DNA of 64,000 nt, taken from the NCBI RefSeq assembly GCF_964213995.1, contig NC_135823.1, forward strand, positions 48,980,001-49,044,000. The letters run 5' to 3'. Positions 23,351-34,639 of this stretch are shown in pieces. This DNA is from Mustelus asterias (Eukaryota). The notes under the pieces were generated by a model. That model saw only the letters and a list, made by a program, of their open reading frames with translations. It did no database searches and was not told the origin of the DNA. A program made the position numbers and the translations under genes. Position 1 is the first letter of the stretch. The number at the start of each line of letters is the position of its first letter.

Positions 23351-24659
23351 AATACCATCTGGTTAATATTTTGTACCCCACTCTAATGTAGCACAGCAGA
23401 AAACAATGTCCTGAATGTTCTTTTTTTTCTCTGAAAGGGGTGGGATTTTGTTGTACCCAAACAGAGTAGGGTGACATTGTCTACCCACCACAAAGAAAGA
23501 ATTGCTGAAGGTATTTAAACACAGAATAGCCTGCCCGCCAATTCAGGTGGTCAGAAGTTCCATTCCCTTGTTTCCTGTCACTCAAGCATTTCACAGTCGG
23601 AAGTCAGTTGGGTTTTTTTTTGTAGCTTTGAAGATCCTCTCCTCCTTGTTCAGGCACTGGAACAAATGACCAGATATCCCCAGAACCAGCCCCCCCCCCC
23701 CCCCCCCCCCCAAAGCAACTGCACGTTTGGGAGTGATAGAAATCACCGTCATTCATACAGCAACTTTCTGATAGGATTGCAGATCTTTGTTACAACAAAA
23801 ACTTACATTTAAATAGTGCCTTTAACGTCCCCGAGGTGCTTTACAGAAATGTTGGAGGACAACATTTGACACAGAGATACTTAACGTGATATTAGGCCAG
23901 ATGACCAAAATTATTCTCAGAGGTAGCTTCCAAGGAGTGCCCGAAAGGAGGAAAGAGAGGACGGAATTCCAGAGTTTGAGACAGTCTGAGTGACGGTGCG
24001 ATGTGTGGTAGGAAGTGGAGTGAAATATAACAAGTTGCGAACAGTCCAGCTTCAGATGGAGTCAGCAGCTCGAGAACAGAGTTTGTGATGGAAACCAAAG
24101 ACAATGGTTTCTGTTTAATTGGAAGGATTTTTTGCTCCTCCTGTTCTGGATGTCTGACAGGTAGACAATTTTAAAACAGAGGAGGTCAGGAAGATATCTG
24201 GATATGGTCAGCATACTTATGGAAACTTGACACCATGATTTTGGATGGTGACACCAAGGGCAGCAGATGAATGAGCAAAAGGCACTGATGAGGACTATAC
24301 CGAGGGAACATTAGGGTGAGAATAGTTCCAGAGAAAGAGACAGGGCATTAAAGGTTGTGTAGAGAGTTTGATTTAGTGAATCAGTAACTGCCCGGATATC
24401 ACGATTAATTAAAAGCCGAAGGCTAATTAGCTAGAAATTTAAGTGTACACAGATTGGACAGGAAGGACTTTGGAGGGGCTGAAGGTACATGGATAGAGCT
24501 GAAAATTTTCAAGTTGTTCTTGCTATCCTTATTATCAAGCACCAATTTCTCAATAGCAGCTGTTAGGCTAACTGGTTGATAATTCCCCTGCTTCCCTCCC
24601 ACACCTTTGCTGAACAACTGAGCAACATGCACAATTTTCCAGTCTAAAGGAACAATACT

Positions 24660-24905
24660 CATGGTGGGAATACCACTACCTCCAAGCCAAACACCACTCT
24701 TAACTTGGAAATATATCACTATTTCTTTGCTACCACTAGGTCAAGAACCTGGAACTGCCACCCTAACAGCACTGTGGGTGTACCTAAACCAGATGGACTG
24801 CAGTGGTTCAAGAAGGCAGCTCACTGCCACCTTCTCAAGATTAGAGAGGGCAACAAATGCTGGTCTTGCCAGTGATGCCCCCATCCCATGAACAAATGAA
24901 AATCG
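24660..24905 (+). mobile_element. CR1-group LINE 3' end
   Basis: LTWKYI motif and GGGCAACAAATGCTGG..CCCATGAA tail as at 42000-42221. Confidence 0.65.
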
Positions 24906-25505
24906 AAAACCTAAGGGCAGAGAAGAACAAGGACACATAATAGGGGGTGGGGAGAGGGGGGTCTAAAGAGAAAAGTGGAGAAGGGATAAAGGAGGAAATA
25001 GTAGTGATGGGCTCGGGTTGAGAGCGCCTGCCAAAGTGTACACAAAAGGTGGCAAGGTTATAAATTAGATCAAGATAACTAAGATTGAAATACATGTAGG
25101 AGTAGAGAGGAGTTAAGACATAAGTAAAAATAACGATTTAAAATCACCTCTTCTTGATTGCTCTTCTCATCCCATGAAATAATGTTGCCAATTTCAGAGA
25201 AATCATGCCATGTTCAATCGCACTCCTTGTTTAGTCCTGTGGCAGCTTGTGGCTTCTTAACCCCTCTATTCTATTAGGCAGGAGATAAAAGCTGTTTTAA
25301 TTAATCTTCCAAATTCCTCCAACATTAGCTCGGATGATAGGAAACTGATATTTGAACACTTGGAAGAAGGTAGGGCCAAAGGCTGCAAATATGAGTTTGC
25401 TCAGGTTATTTTCTCTCTGTCATAAAGCTATGGGTTTAAACTCAGCACAGTAAGAAGTCTCACGACACCAGGTTAAAGTCCAACAGGTTTATTTGGTAGC
25501 AAATA

Positions 25506-25540
25506 CCATGAGCTTTCGGAGCTTGCTGCTCCTTCGTCAG
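25506..25540 (-). ncRNA. Hammerhead core lacking its native 5' stem I strand
   Basis: Minus strand CUGACGA-A-GGAGC(agcaa)GCUCC-GAAA-GC-UC-augg, preceded directly by ORF-derived GGAUGUC. Confidence 0.6.
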
Positions 25541-26332
25541 GACATCCTTTCCTGCAGCGTATCAGGTAGACAACGTTGGCCGAGTTGCAAGAGTATGTAC
25601 CGTGTACCTGGTAGATGGTGTTCTCACGTGAGATGATGGCATCCGTGTCGATGATCCAGCATGTCTTGCAGAGGTTGCTGTGGCAGGGTTGTGTGGTGTC
25701 ATGGTCACTGTTCTCCTGAAGGCTGGGTAGTTTGCTGCGGACAATGGTCTGTTTGAGGTTGCGTGGTTGTTTGAAGGCAAGAAGTGGGGGTGTGGGGATC
25801 TTGCAACTCGGCCAACGTTGTCTACCTGATACGCTGCAGGAAAGGATGTCCCGAGGCATGGTACATTGGGGAAACCATGCAGACGCTACGACAACGGATG
25901 AATGAATACCGCTCGACAATCACCAGGCAAGACTGTTCTCTTCCTGTGGGGGAGCACTTCAGCAGTCACGGACATTCAGCCTTGGATCTTCAGGTAAGCG
26001 TTCTCCAAGGTGGCCTTCACGACACACGACAGCGCAGAGTCGCTGAGCAGAAACTGATAGCCAAGTTCCGCACACATGAGGACGGCCTAAACCGGGATGT
26101 TGGATTTATGTCACATTATCAGTAACCCCCACAGCTTGCCCCTGGTCTTGCATAATCTCACCAGCTGTTCTGTCTGGAGACAATACACATCTCTTTAACC
26201 TGTGTTTAATGTTCCCTCCAACCACATTATCTGTACCTTTTAAGACCTGGCTGGCTGTAGAGATTTGCATTCTAATTAGTATTCTGTAACTTGAATTCTG
26301 TGTCTGTGCACTGTTGGAGAACAGAGACCACT

Positions 26333-26371
26333 CCATCTGACGAAGGAGCAGCAAGCTCCGAAAGCTTATGG
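26333..26371 (+). ncRNA. Minimal type I hammerhead ribozyme motif
   Basis: ccau-CUGACGA-A-GGAGC(agcaa)GCUCC-GAAA-GC-UU-augg; stem I ccau/augg covaries with cac/gug of the other copies. Confidence 0.82.
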
Positions 26372-26774
26372 TATTTGCTACCAAATAAACCTGTTGGACT
26401 TTAACCTGGTGTTGTGAGACTTCTTACTGTGCTTACCCCAGTCCAACGCCTGCATCTCCACATCACATTTAAACTCAGCACCAGGATTTAAATGTAGAAC
26501 CTAGATTGGGAGCCATTTGTGTTTTGATTTATCATTAAACTAAGATCCTATTTGCCTGTTCGTGTGGAACAACTCGGGAGTTCTCCTGACTCGTATTTAT
26601 CTCTGAGTCAACACCAAAAACAGAATATCTGGTCATTCATCTCATTGTTGTTGCAGGACCTTGCTCTATCCAAATTGGCTGCTGTGTTTCTGACATTACA
26701 ACAACAACTTCACAAAGATGTAATTAATTAGCTGTTGTAAACACATTAGGATGACCTGGGGACATGAACAGCAA

Positions 26775-27415
26775 ATAATTAGGAACACTAACAGAATATT
26801 TTAATTTATTGCAAGGGGAATTAAATTAAATTAAAAAAGTGGAGAGGTTGTACTTAAATTGTACTGGGCACTGATGAGACCACATTTGGAGTACTGTGTA
26901 CAGTATTGGTCATCTTATTTAAGAAAAGATGTAAATGCATTGGAAGCAGTTCAGAGAAGGTTTACCAATCTAATACCTGGAATGAGTGGGTTGTCTTATG
27001 AGAAAAGGTTAGGCAGGCTAGGCTTGTATCTGCAGGAGTTTAGAAGAGTAAGGGTGACTTAATTGAAACATATAAGATCCTGAGGGGTATTGGCAGGGTG
27101 GATGTGTAGAGGACGTTTCCTTTTGTGGAGAATCTACAACTCGGGGGTCACTGGTTAAAAATTAAACTGAGTTGAGGTGAATTTTTTCACTCAGGATTGT
27201 GAGTCTTTGGAACTCATCGTGAAAAGGTTTTGGAAGCAGAGTCTTTGAATATTTCTAAGACAGAGATGATAGATTCTTGGTAAGCATAGGAGTGATAGAA
27301 CATTATCAGGAGTCGGTGGAGTGCAGATTTGAGGTTACCATAAGATCAACCATAATCTTATTAAATGGTGGAGAGGCTCAAGGGGCTGAATGGCCTATTC
27401 CTGCTCCTTGTTCAT
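26775..27415 (+). mobile_element. CR1 LINE 3' end
   Basis: RPHLEYCVQYWSSYLRKDVNALEAVQRRFTNLIPGMSGLSYEKRL; GGCTGAATGGCCTATTCCTGCTCCT tail. Confidence 0.85.
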
Positions 27416-28967
27416 AGATAGAAGAAAACTATTGCAAATATGTAATTCATAATACATATGTTTTGGAAAATAACTTCTGGTTCAAGGAATTAAAGTTTCA
27501 ATTCTAGAAAATGGGGACATCTGAGAAAATCGTAAAACAAATCTGATGTAAAGGCAACTCAAACAAGTCTGGGCTTATTGCACTTAAAATGTAGCCTGTG
27601 TTTATCTTGCTAGGTCAACGCTAATTGTGAAAAACCTGAACAATGAATGATCATCTCTAAGTTTGTAATGGAGCCAATGAGTCTGGAGTGTGGTAAATTG
27701 CATCCATTCAAAATATAAATTATTCATATGGGTCACAGAATCAAAAAGTTGTGTTGAAGGTAAAAAATAATTGTTTGCAGTTTTGTTTGAATCATCCTGA
27801 AACATGTCATATTGCACAGACGTAGTGATTCAGAGTGGATCCTTTTTCACTTTGTGTTTACTGACAGAAGCAGGCATTTCAGTTCAGGTTTCATGAAGAG
27901 AAAGAAGCTGGAGGATTTGCTCTAGCTTGCAGCTAATTGAGGAAATCTACCGTGGTCCTCTCAGGGCCTTGTGGCAGAAAGCAGTCAATTTGAGTTGTTA
28001 GCTTGGAAAGAGCTGTACAGAAAGTATAGGAAAAGACTGGAATAAAACAATCTGTGTATTCCCAAAGCTAGAACAAGGAGCTGAGCCATGAAAAATGCTG
28101 GATGATTGCTTAGTTAAAAGATACTGGAAGGATCCCCATTAAATTGGAATTGCTGGAATGAGTTCTTCCTCATGTCCCCTCTGCACCTTCTGTCAATTAT
28201 CTTGAATCTATGTCCCCTGGTGCTAGAATTCTCCACCAAGAGAAACAATTTTATCCTATCCACTCTATCTCTTCCGCACATAATTTTGTACACCTCAATC
28301 AAATCACCCTTCAGTCTCCTATTCCAAGGAAAATAACCCCAAATATCCTATTTCTCCTTATAGCTTCACTTTTCAAACCCTGACAACATTCTTATAAACC
28401 CCCTCTGCACTCTCTGCAGAGCAATTAGGTCCTTCCTGTGATATGGTGACCAGAATTGCATACAATACTTGAGTTGTAGACTCACCAGTGTTTTATACAA
28501 TACAACAGTATATCCTTACTTTTATATTCTATACCTCTGCCAATGAAGGAGAGCATTCCAGATGCCTTCTTTACAACCTTGTCCACTTTAACTGCTGCCT
28601 TTAGGGACCTGTGTATATGCAAGATATCTCACTTTATCTACCCCTCTTAGTATATTCCCATTAATTGTGTACTCCTTATAATTGTTTGACCTCCCTAAAT
28701 GAATGACCTCACACTTCTCTGTGTTAAAATCCATCTGCCACTCTACCGCCCGCTCCACCAACCCATCTATATTGTTTCACAGATTATAGCTATCCTCTAC
28801 ACTATCCACTACTCAGCCAATCTTTGTGTCACCTACAAATTTCCTAATTGTGCCCCCCACATTCAAACCCAAATCATTAATATATAACACAAACAGCAAG
28901 GGTCCCAACACCAAGTCCTGTGGAACACCACTTGATGTGGAGATGCCGGCGTTGGACTGGGGTAAAC

Positions 28968-29801
28968 ATCCCCTACGGACAAGCCCTCCGTATACACAGG
29001 ATCTGCTCGGATGAGGAGGATCGCAACAGACACCTCCAGACGCTGAAAGATGCCCTCATAAGAACAGGATATGGCGCTCGACTCATTGATCAACAGTTCC
29101 AACGCGCCACGGCGAAAAACCGCACCAACCTCCTCAGAAGACAAACACGGGACACAGTGGACAGAGTACCCTTCGTTGTCCAGTACTTCCCCGGAGCGGA
29201 GAAGCTACGGCATCTCCTCCGGAGCCTTCAACATGTCATTGATGAAGACGAACATCTCGCCAAGGCCATCCCCACACCCCCACTTCTTGCCTTCAAACAA
29301 CCGCACAACCTCAAACAGACCATTGTCCGCAGCAAACTACCCAGCCTTCAGGAGAACAGTGACCATGACACCACACAACCCTGCCACAGCAACCTCTGCA
29401 AGACGTGCCAGATCATCGACACAGATGCCATCATCTCACGTGAGAACACCATCCACCAGGTACACGGTACATACTCTTGCAACTCGGCCAACGTTGTCTA
29501 CCTGATACGCTGCAAGAAAGGATGTCCCGAGGCATGGTACATTGGGGAAACGATGCAGACGCTGCGACAACGGATGAATGAACACCGCTCGACAATCACC
29601 AGGCAAGACTGTTCTCTTCCTGTTGGGGAGCACTTCAGCGGTCACGGTCATTCGGCCTCTGATATTCGGGTAAGCGTTCTCCAAGGCGGCCTTCGCGACA
29701 CACGACGGCGCAGAGTCGCTGAGCAGAAACTGATAGCCAAGTTCCGCACACACGAGGACGGCCTCAACCGGGACATTGGGTTCATGTCACACTATTTGTA
29801 A
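28968..29801 (+). pseudogene. 5'-truncated Penelope ORF: RT C-terminus, Cys-rich linker and GIY-YIG endonuclease
   Basis: Uninterrupted frame IPYGQALRIHRICSD..PCHSNLCKTC..NVVYLIRCKKGCPEAWYIGET..RMNEH..HF..H..GLN; no native start and no RT catalytic core. Confidence 0.88.
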
Positions 29802-29994
29802 CCCCCACAGAGTTTCACTGGCTGTCTTGTCTGGAGACAATACACATCTTTTTAGCCTGTCTTGATGCTCTCTCCACTCACGTTGTTTTGTTTCTTAAAG
29901 ACTTGATTAGTTGTAAGTATTCGCATTCCAACCATTATTCATGTAAATTGAGTTTGTGTCTTTATATGCTCTGTTTGTGAACAGAATTCCCACT

Positions 29995-30031
29995 CACCTG
30001 AAGAAGGGGCTTGCAGCTCCGAAAGCTTGTG
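29995..30031 (+). ncRNA. Minimal type I hammerhead ribozyme motif
   Basis: cac-CUGAAGA-A-GGGGC(uugca)GCUCC-GAAA-GC-UU-gug; stem II retained through a G-U pair. Confidence 0.8.
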
Positions 30032-30760
30032 TGGCTTTTGCTACCAAATAAACCTGTTGGACTTTAACCTGGTGTTGTTAAACTTCTTACTGTGAACACC
30101 ATTTGAAACAGCTTTGAATTTGCATGGGCATCCATCAATCATTACCCTTTGTTTCCTGTTACTAAGTCAACTTTCTATCCAGCTTGCCACATTACCCTGT
30201 ATCCCATGGGCTTTTATTTTTATGACCAATCTGCCATATGGGATCTTGTCAAACGCCTTGCTAAAATCCATGTACACAACATCCACTGCACTACCTTCAT
30301 CAACCCTTCTTGTCACTTCCTCAAAGAATTCAATCAAATTTGTGAGGAAAATCTTTGTTTGATCTTCCCCTGTATTCTAGACAACCAGGGTGGTCTAGAT
30401 TTGGCAGTAACACTTTTATTTTTGGAGGGGACATGTCTATGTTTTACATTTAGGATCTCGTTTTTTAGTGCTTCCCACTTGTTTTCCACTACTTTATCCT
30501 CTGGCAGTGCTGACCAGTCCACCTCAGCCAAATCCCTTCTCATTTCTGCAGAATTTGCCTTTCTCCGGTTCAAAACTTTTACTCCTGCTTTATCTCTGTC
30601 CTTTTCCATGGTAATGCTAAATCTAACTGAATTGAGATCACTATTCCCATTATGGTTGCCAACTGTCACTTCATCCACTTGCCCTTCTTCATCCCCTAAG
30701 TCTAGGCCTAGATTGTATCTCCTCTTGTTGGGTTTATCACTAATTGGTTGAAAATAGATT

Positions 30761-31080
30761 GGGGCAGCATGGTGGCACAGTGGTTAGCACTACTGCCTCA
30801 CAGCACCAGGAACCCGGGTTCAATTCCAGCTTGGATCACTGTCTGTGTGGAGTTTGCAGTTTTCCCCGTGTCTATGTGGGTTTCCTCTGGGTGCTCCGGT
30901 TTCCTCCCACAGTCTGAAAGATGCGCAGTTAGGTAGATTGGCCATGCTAAATTGCCCTTTAGTGTCAGGGAGACTAGCAGGGTAAATTTGTGGGGTTACG
31001 AGGATAGGGCTTGCATGGGATTGTTGTCGGTGTAGGCTCAGTGGGCTGAATGGCCTCCTTGTGCCCTGTAGGGATCCTAT
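30761..31080 (+). mobile_element. HE1-like V-SINE copy
   Basis: GGGCAGCATGGTGGCACAGTGGTTAGC head and V-domain core. Confidence 0.8.
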
Positions 31081-31122
31081 TTGAGGAAAAATGAATGAAC
31101 TCTCAGGGGTAAGGGGATTTTT

Positions 31123-31360
31123 TTTGTTCTTTCATGGGATGTGGTTGTTGCGGGCTGGGCCAGCATCTGTTGCCCATCCCTAATTTCCCTTGAACTGAGT
31201 GGCCATTTCAGAGGGCATTTTAAGTGTCAACCACATTGCTGAGGATCTGGAGTCACATGTAGACCAGACCAGTTGAGGATGACAGATTTCCTTCCCTAAA
31301 GGACATTAGTGAACCAGATGGGTTTTTACAACAATCAACAATGGTTTCATGGTCATCAGT
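31123..31360 (-). mobile_element. LINE-tailed SINE copy
   Basis: Reverse complement of the 4922-5277 body and tail. Confidence 0.7.
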
Positions 31361-33089
31361 AGTAAAAAGTAGAACTGAGATTATACCATAAATCGTTATA
31401 AGTGATATTTTGTTTAATTCTTTTTGTTATGCAATACAGTTTGTTTTTGTTTAACAACATTAAATCTTGTGGCAGAGTTCTGTTGGTTAATTGTAGGGTG
31501 TTTAGATTTTTTCTTTAAATATTAATGGTCCCTAACAGGATCATAACAAAGTCTGTTAATCTTTTCTCCCCAAATTTCCTTCAGCACACTTTCATAGAAT
31601 CTTGAAGCATTCGAAACCCATTTAGCTCATAGTGTCTGCATCCCATTCCCTTTTGAAAGTTATAATTGAATCTGCTTCTACCACCCTTTTTGGACAGTGA
31701 ATTCCAGATCACAATAACTTACAAAAACAAAACATTTCTCCTCATCTCTCCTCTGACTCTTTTGCCATTTATCTTATATCTGTGTCCTTGGGTTACTGAC
31801 CCTCCTGCCAGGACAAGCGGTTCTGTCACAAACAACAATCCGGACTTAAATAATAATTTTATATAGAAAAATGTTACACAGCACCTCACAAAGACATAAA
31901 GAAAGAATGAGCATCAAGTCAAGGGAGAGATCAAGACTGGTGATAAGATGGAAAAGCAAAGGAAGGGAATTCAAACAGCCATTTTAAGTGACTGTGTGCA
32001 CTCTTTTATTCATGGTTTAACTAAATGGTAAAATAGGTTTGAGGGACTAAATGGCCAGACCCTGTTTCTATGGTGCTTTCTTTCTGGTGCCTTAATGCTG
32101 ACATTTTGCTCCTAATTACTCACTGTTTCCTAATATACTTTTCACGCAATCAATATAATGTCTGTGTTAACATGATAGCCCAAATCACAGAACAGACTCA
32201 AAGACATTGAGAAATATGTCAAATATAAAGTCACAAAGCAACAGTTCTCAAAGAAGTCATATTCCCAGACCATTGTTGAAAATAAATCTCAGGCTTGCTT
32301 CATGCCTATAGCCCATGTCTACTAGGCCCAAACCAGACTCTCCTATGTGTGGTATTGGGGGTGAATTGATGCATTTGCATTGTTACTACATCAGAAGAAG
32401 CAACATATATATCCACTATAAAACTCAGCTTGGCTACTGGTCAGTAAGAGCAGGTCACATTGTGCTAATTAAGCCCTTTAAAGCATGATATTGGGTGATC
32501 TGCTGTCCCTCTGACGTCTCTTTCTCCCGCTGTCTCATTTTCTCCCATTCTGTTGCTCTCCTCTCTGTGAGTGGTGGAGGGAAAACTGTGAAGAGGAGGA
32601 GATGAAGACAAGTTACTAAAAGTGCAGAGATTTGGCTGGTGGGATCTTTGTTTGAAATAATCAGTTGGGACTGGAAACTGCATGAGACCACATGAATCTT
32701 GAATGCTTTGTTGTTAGCTGCACAAGTTCTCAAATAGCTAAAGGTAAAGAGTTATTCAAGCTGCAGTTTTTGTTCCTTCCTCTTGGTATCCCAGAGCACT
32801 ATCAGTGTGCTTAGCTCCCACCTTCCCTCTCTCTCTCTCTCTCCTCCTTTAAAACATTCCTTAAAACCTGCTCTTTTGACCAAGCTTTTGACCCCCTGTC
32901 CTAATATCTCTTCCTGTGGCTGTCAAATTTTGTTTGAAAACACTACTGTGAAAATTAAAGGTGCTATATAAATCAAGTTGTTACTGTATTAATGACCAAA
33001 TTAAATGGAGAGGCTGGAGGTTAATTCAAATTCTGAGCCTGGAAATCACTGTGAGTTTCAGCATTATCAGAGCATGATTCACTGTTCAC

Positions 33090-33106
33090 TGCACTAGATG
33101 GCGGTC
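33090..33106 (+). promoter_or_regulatory. Candidate CTCF site
   Basis: TGCACTAGATGGCGGT resembles the CCACYAGRKGGCRS core and keeps a CpG in unique sequence. Confidence 0.45.
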
Positions 33107-34639
33107 TAATCCATGAGCCAACAGCTCCACATGTGAAGAAACCATTCCTCAAAATAATTCCTACTTCCTCAGTTTGCACTTGTTTCATTCCAATCCTTTA
33201 TCCACCACAGAATTTGCACAGAATGATCTCTCAAGATCCACATCACAATGGCTCTCAAATCCTGAATTGCACCCTCTCATTAAACGTGCTTTCAATGAGA
33301 ATAATTTGAAGATTTGTCAGCTTCTCTTACAGCTCAATGATGTTGTCATTGTTACCTCTTTCTCTTAGTCCTTTACGCTTTATATGTTTGGGTGGCCAAT
33401 ATTAGTGCGGGTATAGTTTAACTGTGCTCCTAGTCTGTCAAGCTATTGCCATTGACAGTCCTGAGTTTATGAGGGTAAATTTTCCAGTTGCTTGCTGCCT
33501 TTGCAGAACCTTGCCCACCAGAGCTAGGAGTGCACAATTGGAAAAGTTGCCTTGCTGGTGAGTGCAAAAATTTCATTATCTTATGCACTACCCCATCGTA
33601 ACCTCAATTTTGCCATACAGTAAATCATAAAATCTTACAGCATAGAAAGAGGCCATTTGACTTATCGTGTAGGCCCAGGTTCCATTCATATTCTGTGCTG
33701 AGGTCACAGCTGGGGTAGCATTAGGGTGCTGCAATCTGTGCCCCTGCGTCAAAGAGATGAACGATTGCCAAATTTCATGTATGCTGAATCCGGGTGATGG
33801 TAGGATTTGGTGAGACTGTATAGTCCCCCACAGTTGGTTTAAGTTCCTATGAGTGAGATACAAGAAGATGCCAGTGTCTTGCAGTGTCTTGTGACACTAC
33901 TCCACCATGAGCTGTGGGGCAGGTGAATAAAGTATAAGTTGTTTTTCCTACCCATTTATTAGCTCTTAATTGCAGAGTAAAGGGAGAAACAAGATAATTC
34001 AGATTAGGTAAAATCCAATGGCCAAATGTAATGGCTCCTTCTGTTAACCACGGAACACTCTCCTGAATGAACTACAGTACGGAATCCGATCTTTGTACTT
34101 GGGATGAGCATGTGCTTGTTGACTGAGGAGCTTGTTAGAGCTTAGAGCTTGTACTACAGCAAAGGCTCTGACTTGTCAGTGACTGATACCCAGTACATAT
34201 CTCCAGGGACTTCCATCTTCAGAACTATAAATTGGTTATTTTTGCAAGATGTCTACCCTTGTTGTAGGAGACTGTCTATTTGGACTATCATTTCATCAAA
34301 TATATAAAAACAATTAAAAGAATAAGATGAATAAATAGATGGACAGGTCAGTGTAGATACACACACCAGGATTTGCACCACTTGTTGGGCATATCCTTGA
34401 AGGTTTGGTCATGTGACATTTAATCGCGTGAGTTCTGATCGTATAGTGTTACAGATCCCTAAGGTTAAAGACAACATTCCATTTGTCTGTTTGATTAGTG
34501 TGTGTACTCACTAGTTTTTAATGATTTGTATAGTTGGACATTTAAATTATTTTCCTCCTACCGTTCTTAGTCTGTCACCATTACAAAAGCATTCCAATCT
34601 GTCTTTCTTGGAACCACTATTGATGACGTGCGAATATAT

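Larger units (their letters stand above)
25449..26467. mobile_element. Penelope-like element copy B (minus-strand internally deleted arm 25449-25798 joined to plus-strand arm 25799-26467)
   Basis: GIY-YIG ORF 25784-26125 (VVYLIRCRKGCPEAWYIGET); perfect 14-bp TSD TTTAAACTCAGCAC at 25435-25448 and 26468-26481. Confidence 0.92.
28934..30093 (+). mobile_element. Penelope-like element copy C (longest; probably Neptune-type)
   Basis: Inverted terminal piece 28934-28967, then an open frame and pLTR; TSD GAACACCACTT (28923-28933) and GAACACCATTT (30094-30104). Confidence 0.92.
28150..30750 (-). mobile_element. Degenerate CR1 LINE hosting Penelope copy C
   Basis: Minus-strand CR1 motifs (IEVYKIM; VxMDFSKAFDK near 30240-30280; GVPQ..VLGP at the insertion site). 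Confidence 0.7.

Noticed and set aside
23690-23710. 21-nt poly-C run upstream of TFAP4
   Set aside because: Simple homopolymer; similar runs are scattered through the window and lengths may be sequencing-dependent.
28920-28967. N-terminal MEHHLMWRCRRWTGVN of the 293-aa ORF
   Set aside because: Derived from flanking CR1 and the inverted terminal piece; not a genuine start of the Penelope protein.
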